Part shown: in pieces, positions 63,794-64,000 of the stretch
Numbering within the stretch: the stretch's first letter is position 1
Layout: each line of letters begins with the position of its first letter
From: Thermus sp.
GTDB lineage: Bacteria > Deinococcota > Deinococci > Deinococcales > Thermaceae
Assembly (NCBI RefSeq): GCF_037444525.1
Contig: NZ_JBBIMD010000002.1
Coordinates: forward strand, 117-64,116
Length of the DNA stretch: 64,000 bases
Reading direction: 5' to 3'
Translations under genes and position numbers: made by a program
The notes under the pieces: generated by a model
Seen by the model: only the letters and a program-made list of their open reading frames with translations
The model's database searches: none
Told to the model about the DNA's origin: nothing

Positions 63794-64000
63794 CCCAGAA
63801 CCCCCGTCATCTTCCGTTTTTCCCCTTCCAGACGCGGTTTTCTCCAATAGCACTTCCTGGAATTTACTCCGATAGCCGGCCATTTCCGGGGTGATAGACC
63901 GGCTGATAAACCGGCTGGCCGTAGAGTCGTTCTAGGAAACATTGAGGAGGCCGAGGAGCCTCGAGGTGCGCCTTCATCAGGCAAGCTCAGATAGTCCCCA

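Noticed and set aside
63744-63820. Intact tRNA-Val gene
   Set aside because: The D-arm and 5' acceptor strand are missing; similarity stops just past the anticodon stem, so it is reported as an att fragment.
63727-63984. 85-aa ORF at the right edge
   Set aside because: It runs through the tRNA fragment and terminator, with no start signal or recognisable protein features.

Overview
High-GC (Thermus-like) bacterial chromosome segment; the PolA, RpiA and MgtE sequences and codon usage point to Thermus. It is mostly core genes: ffh-rpsP-khpA-rimM-trmD-rplS, mgtE, queA, glmM, polA, aroE, ppc, recO, recX, ftsX/ftsE, hpf, metG, rpiA, bcp, a BMP-family ABC transporter, a yeaG/prkA-yeaH-spoVR operon and a sulfide/persulfide detoxification cluster. 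Main finding: a five-gene, 14.6-kb operon (49074-63696) of secreted DUF11/TIGR01451 Ig-like repeat proteins plus a large predicted outer-membrane beta-barrel. Their termini are complementary: some subunits begin with the last two strands of the repeat and others end in a repeat lacking those strands. This suggests a donor-strand-complemented, possibly isopeptide-crosslinked surface filament with shaft, tip, base adaptor, cap and usher-like roles. Other findings: a 393-aa Ser/Thr-type homing-endonuclease intein in PrkA; candidate leader-peptide switches upstream of mgtE (Pro-rich) and metG (Met-containing); a 3' tRNA-Val fragment marking an integrated element at the right edge; a MITE/REP-like palindrome in two copies; one intact and one decayed vapBC module; CsoR/CstR-like operators; and widespread leaderless promoters. 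All assignments come from reading the sequence, with no database searches.
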